DNA from: Rebecca billardiae RCC1528
Lineage: Eukaryota > Protista > Haptophyta
Direction: 5' to 3'
Assembly (NCBI GenBank): GCA_965240325.2
Contig: OZ251238.1
Coordinates: 434,001 to 498,000, forward strand
Length of the DNA: 64,000 nucleotides
This document shows, one piece after another, positions 11,258 through 24,000 of the stretch. The notes under the pieces are model-generated. The model saw only the letters and a list, made by a program, of their open reading frames with translations, was not told the DNA's origin and did no database searches. Made by a program: the position numbers and the translations under genes. How positions within the stretch are numbered: position 1 is the stretch's first letter; every line of letters begins with the position of its first letter.

Positions 11258-14200
11258 TCACGGCGCCCCAACGACGAGATCGCCGTCGTGCTGGACGGGC
11301 CACACGCGGCTGACGTCCGCACTCGCCTTGCCTCCACTCCCCGGGCGCCGCTGGGAGCCGGACGACTCGCCGATGGTGATGATGGTCGTGGCGCCCGTCG
11401 GAGGGACCGTCGAGGCAGCGGTCGGCGGCGCGGCGCCCGGCGGCGGGTCCGCCGAATCTTGCGATTCGGTCGACATCGACTTGAAGAGCGATGCTCGACG
11501 CGACATCGAGCGGCGCACGACGCTGAGCGGCTTCGCGATCTCCTCCACCTTGGTCATCCGCCCCCGACGCCACAGCCCGTGCATCGAGTGCTCGAGCTCG
11601 TTGGTGCCGTACCCGAGCCTGCGCTCGAGCGCAAAGAAGCGCGCGCCCTCGCTCGAGTCGAGGAAGGCGCTGCTGCTCGCGCCCGTCACGAAGACGGCGC
11701 TGAGCCCGTCGTTGATGCCGTTCTGCATGTCGTCGTCGTCGAGCGCGCCGATCTTCTCGAGGATCTCCCCGGACGGCACGATGCGCAGCATGGCGCTCAG
11801 CCCCTCGATCAGCTCGCCCGTCAGCGCCACCTTCCTGAGCGGCGCGGGCAGCTTGTCCGCGGACACGTTGCGCACCGACAGCACCCAAACCAGCACGCCG
11901 TACGCGACGTGGAGGAGGCACAGGCCGATCACGGAGCCCACGCCAATGTACACGGCCATGTCGAACGCCAGCCGCACGCTGCGGACATCGGCGGCGCGTG
12001 GTGGGGCGGCGCGAGGCCGTGCGTGCGCTGGATCAGCGGGGGTGCGCTCGCGCCCCAGCACGCTTGCGCTGAAGCGAGCGCTTGGCACCGGAGGAGCGCT
12101 GGCGCGGCGCACACCTGGGGTAGACGTTGCCAGGCTGCGAGTAGACCATGCCTCCAGCGGCGAGGACGAAGATGAAGACCGTGAGCAGGTACACGGTGAG
12201 CGAGTTGACGAGTGCATACCTGCGCGCAGCGCAGCCACGCGCACGGTCCGCGGCGCACGGTCAGCGAGCGCGCGCGCCAACGCATGGCGCGCGCTCGACG
12301 GGCGCGCGCTCACTTGTACGGCCGGAAGGCGGTCTGCAGCCGCAGCGCGACGAGGATCACGACAGTGATGAGCATCATGTGCATGGCCCCACCCAGGCCG
12401 CTGGCAAAGTTGAGGACGATGGCCACCACCAGCTTGCGCTGCGCGCGGCGGCGGCAGGGATGGGGGCGAGTCAGCGTCAGGCCGCACGCGCTCGGCGGGC
12501 CGCGAGCGTGCGCACGGGCGGGAGAGGGGCGAGGGCGCCGAGAGCGCGGCGCGCGTGCGCGCACGAGCAGGTCGACCAGCTCCCAGAAGAAGAAGCGCTT
12601 CTTGTACGAGTCGCGCACGGAGGCGGTGCACATGCGCGCGCCGTGCGCGTCGTACCGCCGGCTGACCCAGAAGGCGCCGCCGAGCGCAACCGGGTAGCCG
12701 ATCACATACAGCACGAGCATGGCGATGCCGACGGGCGCGATCTCGGCGTGGTACACGTCGGAGGTGCAGTCGACGGCGGGGTTGGAGTGCATCGTGGTCG
12801 TGCCGTCGGGCTGGGCGTCGCACGAGAAGGCCTGCGCGCGGTGTGCGCGCACGGCAGCCACGGCAGCGGCCGTGAGCGCGCGGCGCGCGCGGCGCAGCCG
12901 GGCGGGCGCGCGACGCTCGCGCGCGCGCGCACCTCGATGATGTGCCGCGCACTCGAGACGTAGAGCAGCGTGAGCACGAGCACGGTCGCGTTGATCGAGC
13001 GGAACGCCCCCTCTGCCATGGCGCGCTCGAGCGCCTCGCGCCCCTGCGCGCGCTTCAAGTAGAGCGCCAGCGGCCACTTGACGCAGAGCGTGAGCGCAGC
13101 GTACCCGGTCACAAACACGAGCGGGAAGAGCGCCTTCATGCGCCAGCTCGACACCGGATCGATCGGGAACTGGCACTCGAGGCTGAAGACGCTCAGGTCG
13201 ATGTTGAACCACGAGAGGTGGCGCATCAGCTCGAGCAACAGGGGCGGCCATTCGACGTCCACCGCGAGCATCAGGTTCATCGTCTGCAGGAAGAAGACGA
13301 CCACGCCGATCTCGGCCGCGACCGAGGTGGACGACGAGAGCAGCACGGCGCCCTCCTCGTCCTTCCCGCGAGGGTTGGCGACGAAGTGGAAGCCGGCCAT
13401 CGCGATGACGAGCAGCGCAATGGCCGCGCCGGCGAGGAAGCGCGTGCCGCCCTCGCACTGGTGGCACTCGCCCGACAGCAGGTAGTGGTCGTCGCCGCAC
13501 GCGGCGCACATGTCGCCGATGTACCCGGGCCCACACACCTCGACGCCGCCGCCCGGGCACGCGTGCGCGTTGAGGCACTTGAGGAACGAGTGCGGCGCGG
13601 AGCGGCGGGCGTAGTAGCCCGGCGCGGGGATCGGGACGATGCGGTTGGACAGGCCCGTGCCCAGGCAGATGCCGCCCTCGGGGCACGAGAGGCACTCCTC
13701 GCCGAGCGCGACGCCCTCGGGCGCGTAGTAGCCGTCCACGCACACGCAGTCGGTCTTGTTGTCCGCGCCCACCTGCGAATGCCACGGGTACGAGGGGTCG
13801 TCCGAGTACGTGAGGTGCGCGCTGTGCTCGACGCACGTGAAGCACTCGAGCTGCGCCTCGGCGGGCTGGTACTCGTTCGACGCGCAGTCGAGGCACTGCG
13901 TGCCATCGCTCGCGTACGTGCCCGCCGGGCACGGCGAGCACTCCTCCAGCCCGCCCGTCGCGGCCACGTAGCCGTCGGCGCACGCCACGCACTCGAGCCC
14001 GCTCAGGTGCGTGCCCTTTTTGCAGCCGTGCGCCGTGCCGTCATGGGGCGGCGAGGTGGAGCCGCGGTAGAAGTGGTAGGCTTGCACCGGGGCCCACGCG
14101 CCGTTGACCAAGCGGGCCACCGGTGCCACCTTGGTCATCGAGCCGTCCGGAAGTCGCCGAAAGTTATGCAGCTCGAAGCGCGCGCTCGGCGGCGCGCGGC

Positions 14201-15383
14201 TCTGGCCATCGATAGCCACCATTCCCGACGCGCCCACGAAGTGCGATGCCTTCATAGCGGCATTCAGCGCGGGGCCGTCGGGCGAGTTAGTGCCGAGGGC
14301 GCACGCGGCGAGGCCGATCATCGCCACCGCGTCGTACGCGAAGGCGGCCGCGTCTCCGACGGGGTCGGACAGGCTCCAGCCGAGCGCCGCATCGACAAGC
14401 GGCCTCCCCATCGCAAAGCGCGAGTCGACGACATCCCCGAGCTCCGACCACTGCGACGCCTGCAGCTCGGACGTCAGCGTCGTCCACTCGGGCGTGCCGG
14501 GCGCGCCACCGACGACGGTGAACTGCGCGGCGCCATCGAGCACCTCCGCGAAGAGCGGCTCGTGTGCGAACAGCTCCGTGGTGATCCCGTCTGAGATGAT
14601 GTGCGTGTAGTCGGCGCCGGTCATCCCATGCCGGCTGAGGCTCGTGAGGAGATGCATGAAGTTCGGGTCGAGGGCGACGTCGATGATCACGCGCGGCGGC
14701 GTGCCGCTGCCACCTTCCTTGAGCTCGCCAACGGCACGGTCGATGTCGGCAGGATTGAACGGATCGAAATCGCGCGTGTACACGTCGACCCCGAGGTTGG
14801 CGAGCACGGCGAGAAGGCCCTGCGCGAAGGACGCGCCGTACGGCGTGTTGTCGTGCAAGACGCCGACGCGCCGCCAGCCCATGCCCGCGATCCACTGCGC
14901 CATGATGGCGGTCAGCGCGAAGTCGGACGGCAGCGTGCGCGTGTACAGCGGGAAGAGATCCCGCCCCTCGAGCGCCGGCGTGGTCGTCGCAACGCCAACC
15001 ACTGGGATGCCAAACTGCGAGCCCAGCAGCGCCATCGGCACGCTACACGTAAGGTGACCCGCGCCGACGACGACGTCGAAGGCTTCGGCGGGGGAGGGGG
15101 CGCCGTGCGTGCCGGCCAGAAACGCACTTGTCGCTGCCCCGCACAGCATGTGGGGATAGTCGAATGCTGTGGCGTTGAACTTGACCGGGCAGGCGCCGAG
15201 CGCGCCAAAGCTTGGGACGATGCGTCCATCGCGCGCGTTGAAGTGCTTGATGGCGAGGAGTGTGGTCGCGAGTGCCTGACCCTGAACCCTGGGCGATGCA
15301 GGCAGGACCACCCCAAGCTCGAGGGTCTGCGCCGGCGCGATCAGCGCGAGCGACAGCGCGACGAGGACGGCGGCGTAGCGCAT
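11258..15383 (-). CDS. Membrane receptor-like protein: signal peptide, periplasmic-binding type 1 (ANF receptor/Venus flytrap) domain, Cys-rich GCC2/GCC3-like repeats, multi-pass TM region; 5 exons
   Basis: Signal MRYAAVLVALSLALIAPA; VFT motifs FPLYTRTLPSD, GWRRVGVLHD, AAFAYDAV, FVGASGMV; CxxCPAGTY-type repeats. Introns 12932-12832, 12564-12439, 12313-12220 and 12114-11979 (all GT-AG) join the TM segments in frame. Confidence 0.8.
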
Positions 15384-15728
15384 GTTGGTTGCGACAGGCG
15401 AGGTCGCGATGACTCGATGAGAAGATGTGTGTTCGACTGTTCGTCAATTCGGAGTTGGACGCGAAGCCCAGCGAAGGTTTTGCCGCGGTGCAAAATTGAA
15501 AATGACTCTGAACTCTAGGGAAAACAGGTTGCGGCTGCGTCAAAACCCGCTACAATCATCATCATCAGTCCTACCTTTGTCGGTAAATCATAGAATGAGT
15601 ACAAAAGGGGGTCAAGATGGGGGTATCTATCGGTTGATACGGTACTTTCTGAAGTTCAAAGTCTGAATTTGTTGGATCCCTGCTGCCAAAGGACCATCAT
15701 CATTATTTTGGTGGTCCTTTGCTGCTGC

Positions 15729-15730
<2 letters not shown>

Positions 15731-15796
<66 letters not shown>
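15731..15796. repeat. (AT)n microsatellite
   Basis: Directly visible. Confidence 0.97.
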
Positions 15797-15800
<4 letters not shown>

Positions 15801-15942
15801 CATGCGAAGCTCGTCGCGGGAAAGTCAATATGATATTGTGTACGTAGTACTTGATCGAATCATCGTCAAAAAACGCGCATGCAGATTCTTCTCATATCGA
15901 TATGATATCGGCGGCGGCTGCAGCGATATCAATTATCATAAT

Positions 15943-17519
15943 GGCGGGCCGTAGCCCCCCACGGCCAGGCGGTAGTGCCCGGGAAAAAGATAAGAAAAAG
16001 AAAAGAAAACAGAGACGAATAATCGCCTCGCAAAGAAAAGAAAATCGCCTCGCTCACCAAAGAAATAAATCACTACGGGCGCCCTCGCAGCGCTCTCCCA
16101 CTGGGGACGCTCGGCCGAAAAAGGGTTCCTGGATGGCGCGGAGCGCATGGGCGGCGCGCGCCAAATCCAACGCCGGCGCGGACATCGCGCGGGGATTCCC
16201 GAAGGGTGTTTTCGCCCGATTCGCGATTGCTGTCCTCGTCGTCTCGCGTGCAGGTCGAACGAGGGCCAAAGCCTCAACGCGTCTGGAGGTACGCTCGGCG
16301 CGTCGCCACGGTCGTGCGATTTGGGACGGTCCTCGCCCGACTTGCACGTCGAGCGCTCGCACGGGCCATAGCATCATCAAGCGCTGCGCACAACAGCCAC
16401 CTCGCGCGATCCACCGCCGCGCGTCGGGCTCGGTGCGGAAAGGCCCTCATGACGAGGTGTCTCGCGGGCGGGAGCGCCATCGCACGCGACGCAAGATTTG
16501 GCGCGGCCTTCCGGGGAACTCGATCGCCGGAATCCGCGCACCGGACTGTCTGTCGCGGTCCCTCAGCCGAAGCCCACGTCCGGCCTGCATGGCGTCGACG
16601 GTGACCAATGCGACGGAAGCGCAGCGCCAACGGCGTACGACGCGCAGCGGACGCACCTCCCGGGTCTGTCGCCAAGGCAGCAGCCGCGTCTTTGCGAATT
16701 GGCGACCCTCGCCGCAGCGTGACACAGAAAAGCCCGTGATGCCATCCGCAGAGAGATGAAACGTCGAGCATGCAACATCGCCGCGCCATCCTCGTCCATG
16801 GCGCAGGCGCTGCGGGACGAGGCGGAAGTCGTCACGCCGGTGACGGATGCGCTGCGATTCGTGTGCCCGCGTGAGCAGCTCGTGCCCACTCTCGATCGCG
16901 AGTGGCACACGCTGTCGCTGTGCGCGCGCGCGCGCACAACCAACAGCTCCTCGTGCCGCCGAACACGCGAGCGCCAGACCTGTCAAAGAGGCGAAGAGCG
17001 ACGACCGCGTGAACGTCAACGCGCTCGTGCTCAGCCTGGTGGCCGTGTACGATGTCAACGCGACCTGCGCCGAGCCCATCATGCCCGGAGCGGACATCGG
17101 CAAGCGTCCTCGCGACGACCGCTCTCGGCTGGCGGCAGGAGGACATGCACACGATCTACTCTGGCGGCTTCGTCGGTGGCGAGGCGCTCGATTACGCCAT
17201 CGCGGTCGAGATGCGGCACATACAGCGCGTACCCGCGCTCGCGCGGAGCAACGGGCTACCCACCCCGCCCCGCGTGCTGCACATTCCCTCGTGGGTGTGG
17301 GCCTCGCAGCTCGCTGATGCGCACGAACGCGTTGGCTGGCGTACCCGGCGGCCGCGTACCGCACCGCGTGGGAGAACTTCATCACAGGTGTCACTGCTCC
17401 GACTACTGTCCGTCACCCGGCCACGAGCGAATGCTGTGGATCGGAAAGACGCGAACCCGCAGAGGATACATTGCGACAGCACTGGCACGGCCCGCCGACC
17501 CCCCCGCCCGCCAGGGCAC
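15943..17519 (+). mobile_element. Putative non-autonomous element with asymmetric inverted repeat and terminal hairpins (subfamily C)
   Basis: 5' end T|GGCGGGCCGT (15943-15952), partly foldable with ACGGCC just downstream; inverse ACGGCCCGCC at 17487-17496; then short stem GCCC-GCCA-GGGC and end ...GGGCAC|A. Both flanks are AT-rich. Confidence 0.5.
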
Positions 17520-17548
17520 AGTTTATATTATAGCTACAACGACGGTCG

Positions 17549-20500
17549 TCAAGCTTCGGTTATTCCCGCAGTGGTGAGGCTGGAGCCCACGGCCGCGGGC
17601 AGCAGCACCGCGTGCAGCTGCGACGCCAGGCTGGGGTACTCCTCGAGCAGCTCGTTCGCAGTCTCCGCCGCGCTGTGCACCTCCTCGTGCGCGATGCGCA
17701 GCTGCTCGCGCAGCTCCTCCTCCGACTCGGCAGGGCCACCGCCCTGCAGCGCAGCCTGAAGCGTCTCGATCACCTGCGCGCGCGCCGCGCACCGCCAGGC
17801 CGCCGGAGCGCAAGGAGGGTGCGAGTGAGCCAGAGCGCGCCGACAAGGACGCGGGCGCGAGGGCGAGCGAAGGGCCGCGCGCGCGCGCGCACCCGCTGGT
17901 TCTTCTGCGCCTCGGTCTCGTGGAACGCGCGCTCGATCTCCTGCGTCTGGATCGTCTGCGAGCGCGCGGCGCGCGCGTGCGCGCGCGCGTGCGTCGCGTG
18001 AGGCTCGCGGCGCGATCGCGCGGCCGCGAATCGGCCACGCGGCGGCGCTCGCGACCGCGCGCGGCGGCGCACCGTGTACAGGCTCTCCTCCTGCGCGAGC
18101 GTCTCGCGCCTCCGCTCCTGCAGCGTGCCCAGCTCGTCCGCCACCGCCGTCTGCTGCTCGCGCAGCTTCTGCACGTTGACGAGCGTGAGGTTGGCGTCGT
18201 GCGTGGTCGACTTGAGCTTGCGCGAGAGGTCAGCGATCGTCTTCTTGAGCGACGCCTGCGTCTCGCCCGACTTGCGCAGGGTGGCGGTCTTGCCCTTCGC
18301 CTCGATGTTGTCGCGCTTGTAGATCGCGCGCTCCATCTCGGCGAGCATCATCTCCTCGCGCTTCTTGAGCTGCGAGTACTTGAGCTTCATCCGGTGGATC
18401 TCCTTCTGCATCGCCTTGACCTCGGTCGCGCCCACCTCGGGGTCGAGCGCCGCCTGCGTCTCTCGCTCGAGCGAGATCTTCTTCTCCCACAGCATCATCT
18501 CGCGCTCGGACTCGGCGACCTCGGTGAGCAGCCGCTCCTTCTCCTCCTTCAGCGCCACCACCTGCGCCTCCATCGCGAGCGACTCCTGCTCCATGTCCGC
18601 CAGCCTGTGCACGAAGCTCTGCTCGAGCTGGTGGTTGTCGTTGGCGAGCGACTCCTTGAGGCCGCGGTGCTTTGCGATCAGCGCGTTGATCTTGGTCATG
18701 TCGTTGTGCATCGAGTCCATCGCGCGCTGCAGCTCGCGCAGCTCGCGGTTCTGCGTGTCGAACTGCGCGTCGATCTTCAGCCGCTTCTGGTTCAGGATCG
18801 TCAGCCGCGCCTTCAGCTCGAGGATGCTCTCCGACTTGGCGGCGTTGTCGTTCTCGAGCCCGACGAGGGACGTCTGGCCGTGGATCCACTGCCGCTGCAT
18901 CTCGTCCGACTCCTTCGACTTGGTGGCGAGCTCGGCCTGGAGCTCGCGGATGGTGGCCTCGAGCGGGCCCACCGCCTCCTCCTCCTCCTGCTGCGCCTTC
19001 GCCTTGTCCAGCCCCGCCTTCTCCTTCATCGCGTCGAGCTTGCGGTTGAGCTGCGAGACGTGCAGCTCCTTCTTCTCAATCTCGTCGTTGCGCCGCCGGA
19101 TCTCCTGCTCGTACTTCTGGATCAGCGTGTCCTTCGACTTGAGCTCGGAGGTCATCGCGTCGAGGCGCGTGCGGAGCACGCCGTTCGACGCGGTGGTGTT
19201 CAGCGTGTCCACGCGGATCCGCGCCAGATCGTTCTCCAGGCTCGCCGCCGCCATCTCCTTCTCGGCGATCGCCGCCTGCCGCCGCTCGACCGAGAGCTTG
19301 AGGTTCTGCGCTGACTTGTCGAGCGCGGTCTGCTCCGAGATCGTGTTGAGCTTCTCGTCCTCGAGCCGGCGGATCTCCTGCGCGACGCGCTGGATCTTGG
19401 CCTCCACCGCCGCCACCTCGTCCGACGCCTGCTGCTGCGCCACCTGCGCCTTCGCCAGCTCCGCGTCCGTCTGGTCGAGCGCGCGCTTGCACATGGCGAA
19501 CTTTTCGTTGAGCTTCTTGTGCTTCTCCGTGTTGGCGTCGATGATGCGCTCCGCCTCCTGCTTGTCGGCAAGCACGCGGCGGTGGCGGTCGGTGAGCGTC
19601 TCGTGCTCGTCCTGCGCCTTGGAGAGCGCCTTGCGGATCCCCTGCATCTCCGAGTCGAGCGCCGCGTCCTGCTCGTTCAGCTTGCGGATCGCGTCGACGG
19701 TCGCCTGCAGCGCCTCGTCACGCCGCTGCATGCCGATCAGCGCCGAGCGCCACTGGTTGAGCAGCTGCTTCTTCTCAAACTGGATCTGCTCCATCTCGGC
19801 GTTGGCGTCGCCGAGCGTCGAGCCCGCCGCGCGGGTCTCCTCCTTCTGCGCCAGCAGCTGCGCCTCGTACAGCTGGTACTTGTCGTGCAGCCCGCGCAGC
19901 TGCTCGTTGAGCCGGTCGATCAGCAGGTCCTGCCGCTTCTTCGAGTTCTCGAGCTTGTTGATGTCCTCCTCCGCCTTGTACGTCGCGCGGCGCGTGATCG
20001 CGATCTCGCCCTTCATGTCCTCGGTGTACTTCTCCACCTCGACGAGCGTCATGTTCAGCTTGTCCAGCTCCAGCTGGTACTTGTCCGCCTTGCCCCGGTG
20101 CGACTTGACGTCCTTGAGCGACTCGGCGTGCTGCGCGCGCACGCGCGCGAGGTCGTCGTCCGCCTTCTCGCGCATCTGCGAGATCAGGTTGTGGTTCTCG
20201 TGCGTCTTCTCGAGGTGCATCTGCAGCTTCGCGAGCGACTGCTGCACCTGGTACAGCTCCACGCCCAGGTCCTCGCGCTCCTTGCGCGCCTGCTTCAGCT
20301 CTTCGGCCTGCGCGCGGGCGAGCGCGGCGCGACCGCGCGCAGCGCGAGCGTAACCGCATGCCGTCGCGTCGCGTCGCGTCGCGTCGCGTCAGCCGGCGAG
20401 GCGCGCGAGGCCGGCGGGCGCGAGGCGCGCGCGGGCAGGGGAGGAGCGCGTGGTGGAGCCGCGGACCGCAACGCGAGCCGCGCCACGACGCGCCAGCACG

Positions 20501-20737
20501 CACCTTGTTGCCGAGCTCGATGCGCGTGCCGGCGATGTTGTTCTGCAGCTGCTTCGTGAGCGCTGCCTGGATGCGGTCGAGCATCGGGTGGTCGGCGTCG
20601 AGCATGCCCTCGCCGTCGTAGTCACCACCATCGTCGTACACGTCCACGTCGCCCTCCTCCGGCCCATCGCCCCCGCCGCCGCCCTCGTCATCGGGCGGCG
20701 GCCCCGCTGGCGGGACGTTGGCGTCTCCGCCCTCCAT
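17549..20737 (-). CDS. CCDC40: Coiled-coil domain-containing protein 40 (axonemal 96-nm ruler, FAP172 orthologue); exons 20737-20504, 20307-18073, 17955-17893, 17773-17549
   Basis: N-terminal LDADHPMLDRIQAALTKQL, then REDLGVELY, KRQDLLIDRL, KKQLLNQW, GPLEATI, MMLWEKKISLERE and MQKEIHRM, which are characteristic CCDC40 motifs; canonical introns. Confidence 0.92.
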
Positions 20738-21061
20738 GCTGGATGTTCCCGGGCCCACGCTTGAACCAAAAAATAACCGCCGATCCTGCTCACGATTTGT
20801 GGGCAGGGCGCCCGGACACGTGCGCAGCACTGTTGCGCTGCGCGGCCGCCCGCCGCCTACGGAAGACGTACCGTACCCGGCTCGGTGGTAGTCCTGGATT
20901 ACGGCCCTCTCCCGTACTGATGAATACGGTATCATGAGATGAGTAAGTGGGCGCCGCACGCGTGCAGCAGCGCCAGAGAGGGCTCTTAACTCTTTGATCA
21001 GCCCACGAAGCAGGGGCGAGCTGCTGCTGCCCCGCGGGCCACCCTCCACCGCGCGGGGGGG

Positions 21062-24000
21062 ATGGCGGGGGCGGAGGCGTATGAGCTGCTCGAGCGTATC
21101 GGCACGGGGTCGTACGCGCAGGTCTTCCGCGCGCGCGCGCGCGCGCACGGCCACGACGTCGCCATCAAGATCCTGCCCCGGCCGCACGACGGCAACACGA
21201 GCGGGCTCGCGAGCCTGCAGGTCGAGATCGCGGCGCTGGAGAAGTGCCGCTCGGACTACGTCGTCGGCCTCTTCGCGGCGTTCGAGCACGACGGCTCGAT
21301 CTGGCTCGTCATGCAGTACTGCCTCACCTCCGTCTCCGACGTGATCCGCTCGAGCCCGTCGGGCAGGCTGCGCGAGGCGGATGTCGCGTGCGTGTGCCAC
21401 GGCACGCTGCGCGCGCTCGTGCACCTGCACGAGCTGCTCTTCATCCACCGCGACGTGAAGCCGCAGAACATCCTGATCTCACAGTCGTTCACGCCGCAGC
21501 TCGCCGACCTCGGCGTCTCCGCGCAGCTCTCGTCCGACGCGAGCCGGCGCGGCACCGTGATTGGCTCGCCGCTGTATCTCGCGCCCGAGATGATCATCGC
21601 GGGGAGCTACGACCAGCGGTGCGACGTGTGGTCGCTGGGGATCTCGGCGATCGAGATGGCCGAGGGCAAGCCGCCGCTCTCGCACATCAACCCGCCGCTC
21701 CGCGCGCTCTTCCTCATCCCGTCGCAGCCGGCGCCGACGCTCGACCCGGAGCGTGGCTGCCCTGACGGCGCGCCGTGGAGCGTCGCCTTCCACTCGGCGC
21801 TGGCGCGCTGCCTCGTGAAGGACCCGGACGAGCGGCCGCGCTCGGCGGAGCTGATGGAGGACCCGTGGTTCGGCGCCGCGCCCACCGAGCTCAGCCTCGA
21901 CGTGCGCGAGCGCGCGCACGCGCACGCCGACTCGCTGCGCACCGCGCACGGCTCCGCGGACGGCGCGTCCACGCACTCGTCGCTGCCCTCGACGGCGGGG
22001 ACGGGGACGATCGTGCACGGCACGCCGCCCACGGCGACGGAGGCGCGCGCCGGCGGCGCCGACCCGAACGGCACGCTGCGCGCGCTCGACGACGGCACGC
22101 AGCGCACGGTCATCATCCCCTGGCTCGGCGCGGCGCGCGAGGGCGAGACGCCGTCCACGTCGACGCTGCCGACGGTTGGCGGCGCGGGCGGCTACGGCGA
22201 GGGCGACGGGACGAGCACGGGCACGCTCACGGCGTCCGAGGCGGGCGCGCTCACCGCCACCCGCCTCGCCGCGCGCGGCCCCTCCTCCACCGGCACGAAC
22301 AGCCCGGCGGGCTCGGGCACGCTGCTGAGCGCCCTGAGCGGCCTCGGCAGCGCCGGCGGCGGCGGCGGCGGGCACAGCCTGCCACACAGCGGGTACAACT
22401 CGCTCACCGCGGGCTGGTCGGGCGCGATCGGCTCGGCGCTCGGGCTCACGGGGCCCGAGGCGGGCCGCGCGCCGGGCGATCCGCCACAGCCGCCGCCGCA
22501 CACCGCGTATGCGTGGGGCCAGCAGCAGCCGCCGCCGCAGCCGACGCCGACGCAGCCGCCGCCACCGCAGTCACGCCCGCCGCTGCCGCCCGCGCATCCG
22601 CTCTCGCGTGGCGCGCCCGGCCCCGCGCCGCCCGTGCCGCCGCGCGCCACCCTCCCGGGCGGCGAGGGCGAGGGCCCGCGCGAGCGCCCGAACGACCGCG
22701 CGCACCGCGCGAGCACCGACCCCATCTACTCGGACGACTTTGAGGACGCGGAGTCGGACGAGGACGATTCGAAGAGCGCGCGCTCGGCGGCGCTCTCGAC
22801 GTCGAGTGCAGAGCAGCCGCAGCCGCAGCCGCACGCGCCGCACCTGTCTGAATCCAAGTCCAGGGCGCCGTCGTGGCTCGCAGGCTTTGCGCGCCTCAGC
22901 CTGACTGACGAGGCGGCGGCCGCCGCGGCTGAGAAGCCGGATGCCGCGCGCGCCGCGGCCGCGCGCCCGGCCGCCGCCGCCGCCTCCGCCTTGCGCGAGC
23001 CCGCGGCGTGCGCGGGCGGCGCAGTTGTTGGGGCGGGCGCGGGCGCGGGCGCGGCGGCGAGCAGGCCGACGCCCGACGCGGCCGCCGCCGGCTCGGCAGG
23101 CGGCGGTGCAGGCAGCTCTGGCCCGGCCTCGCCCAGCGCGGCGGAGAGTTCCGGGAAAGGTCGCAAGGGGCGCAAGGCGAGGCGCAACCGGAGCCGACAT
23201 GCGTCGGCCGCCGCCGCGCCCGCGCACGCCGCCGCGGCGGCGGCCGCCGCCGCCGCCGTCTCGCCGCCTGCGCTGAGCGACGCGGACTCGGTCGAGGCGG
23301 TCTCGCTCGCCGCGCTGCGCCGCGCGTGCGCGCAGCGCCGAATGCAGCCGGCGGAGGCCGACGCGACGGCGCACGCCGTGGCCGAGCTCGGCGGCTTCGA
23401 GGGAACGCCCGCGCACGGCGGCGGCGGCGGCGGCTCCGCGGCGGATGGCGGCGCGGCGCCGGGCGTCTCTTGGCTGCGGCAGCACGAGCTGGCCTGCCAG
23501 CAGCTCGGCAACGGCCCGTCATTGAGCGCGCTCGTCGACGCCACGCTCAACTGCGCGCTGCTGGCGCGCGAGGGCCAGACGCCTGACGCGACGAGCCCGC
23601 TGCGCGGCGGCGCGCCGGGCGGCGGCGCGGCGGCGGGCATGGCCGCCGTCGGCGGCTGGTTCGCTGCGTTCGGCGGCGGCGGCGGCAGCGGCGGTGCGGC
23701 GGCGGCGGGCCGCGCGCGGATGGGCGCGGAGGCCGCGGCCTCGCTCGCGCGCGTGCTCGCCCAGGTGATCGGCGACGAGGGCGCGGCCGCGGTCAGCGTC
23801 GAGCAGGTGCGGACGTGCGTGCTGCCTGCGCTGCGCCCGCTGCTCACACACGAGCACGGCGCCGTGCAGGCGGCCGCGCTCGAGGTGCTGCTGGCGTGCC
23901 ACCCGACGATCGACGCGCTCGCAGAGCACAGCCGCACGCCGTCCGCGCACGACTCGCCCGGCCGCGGCCCCGCGCTCGCCGACGGCGCGGCCGCCATGTT

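Noticed and set aside
11979-12114. Apparent non-canonical acceptor in the last receptor intron
   Set aside because: A canonical CAG acceptor at 11979 gives an in-frame junction (YPSVRLAF).
17144-17335. Ulp1-like protease fragment (GFVGGEALDYAI...RVLHIPSWVW)
   Set aside because: Only a loose resemblance; no catalytic His/Cys motifs follow in frame.
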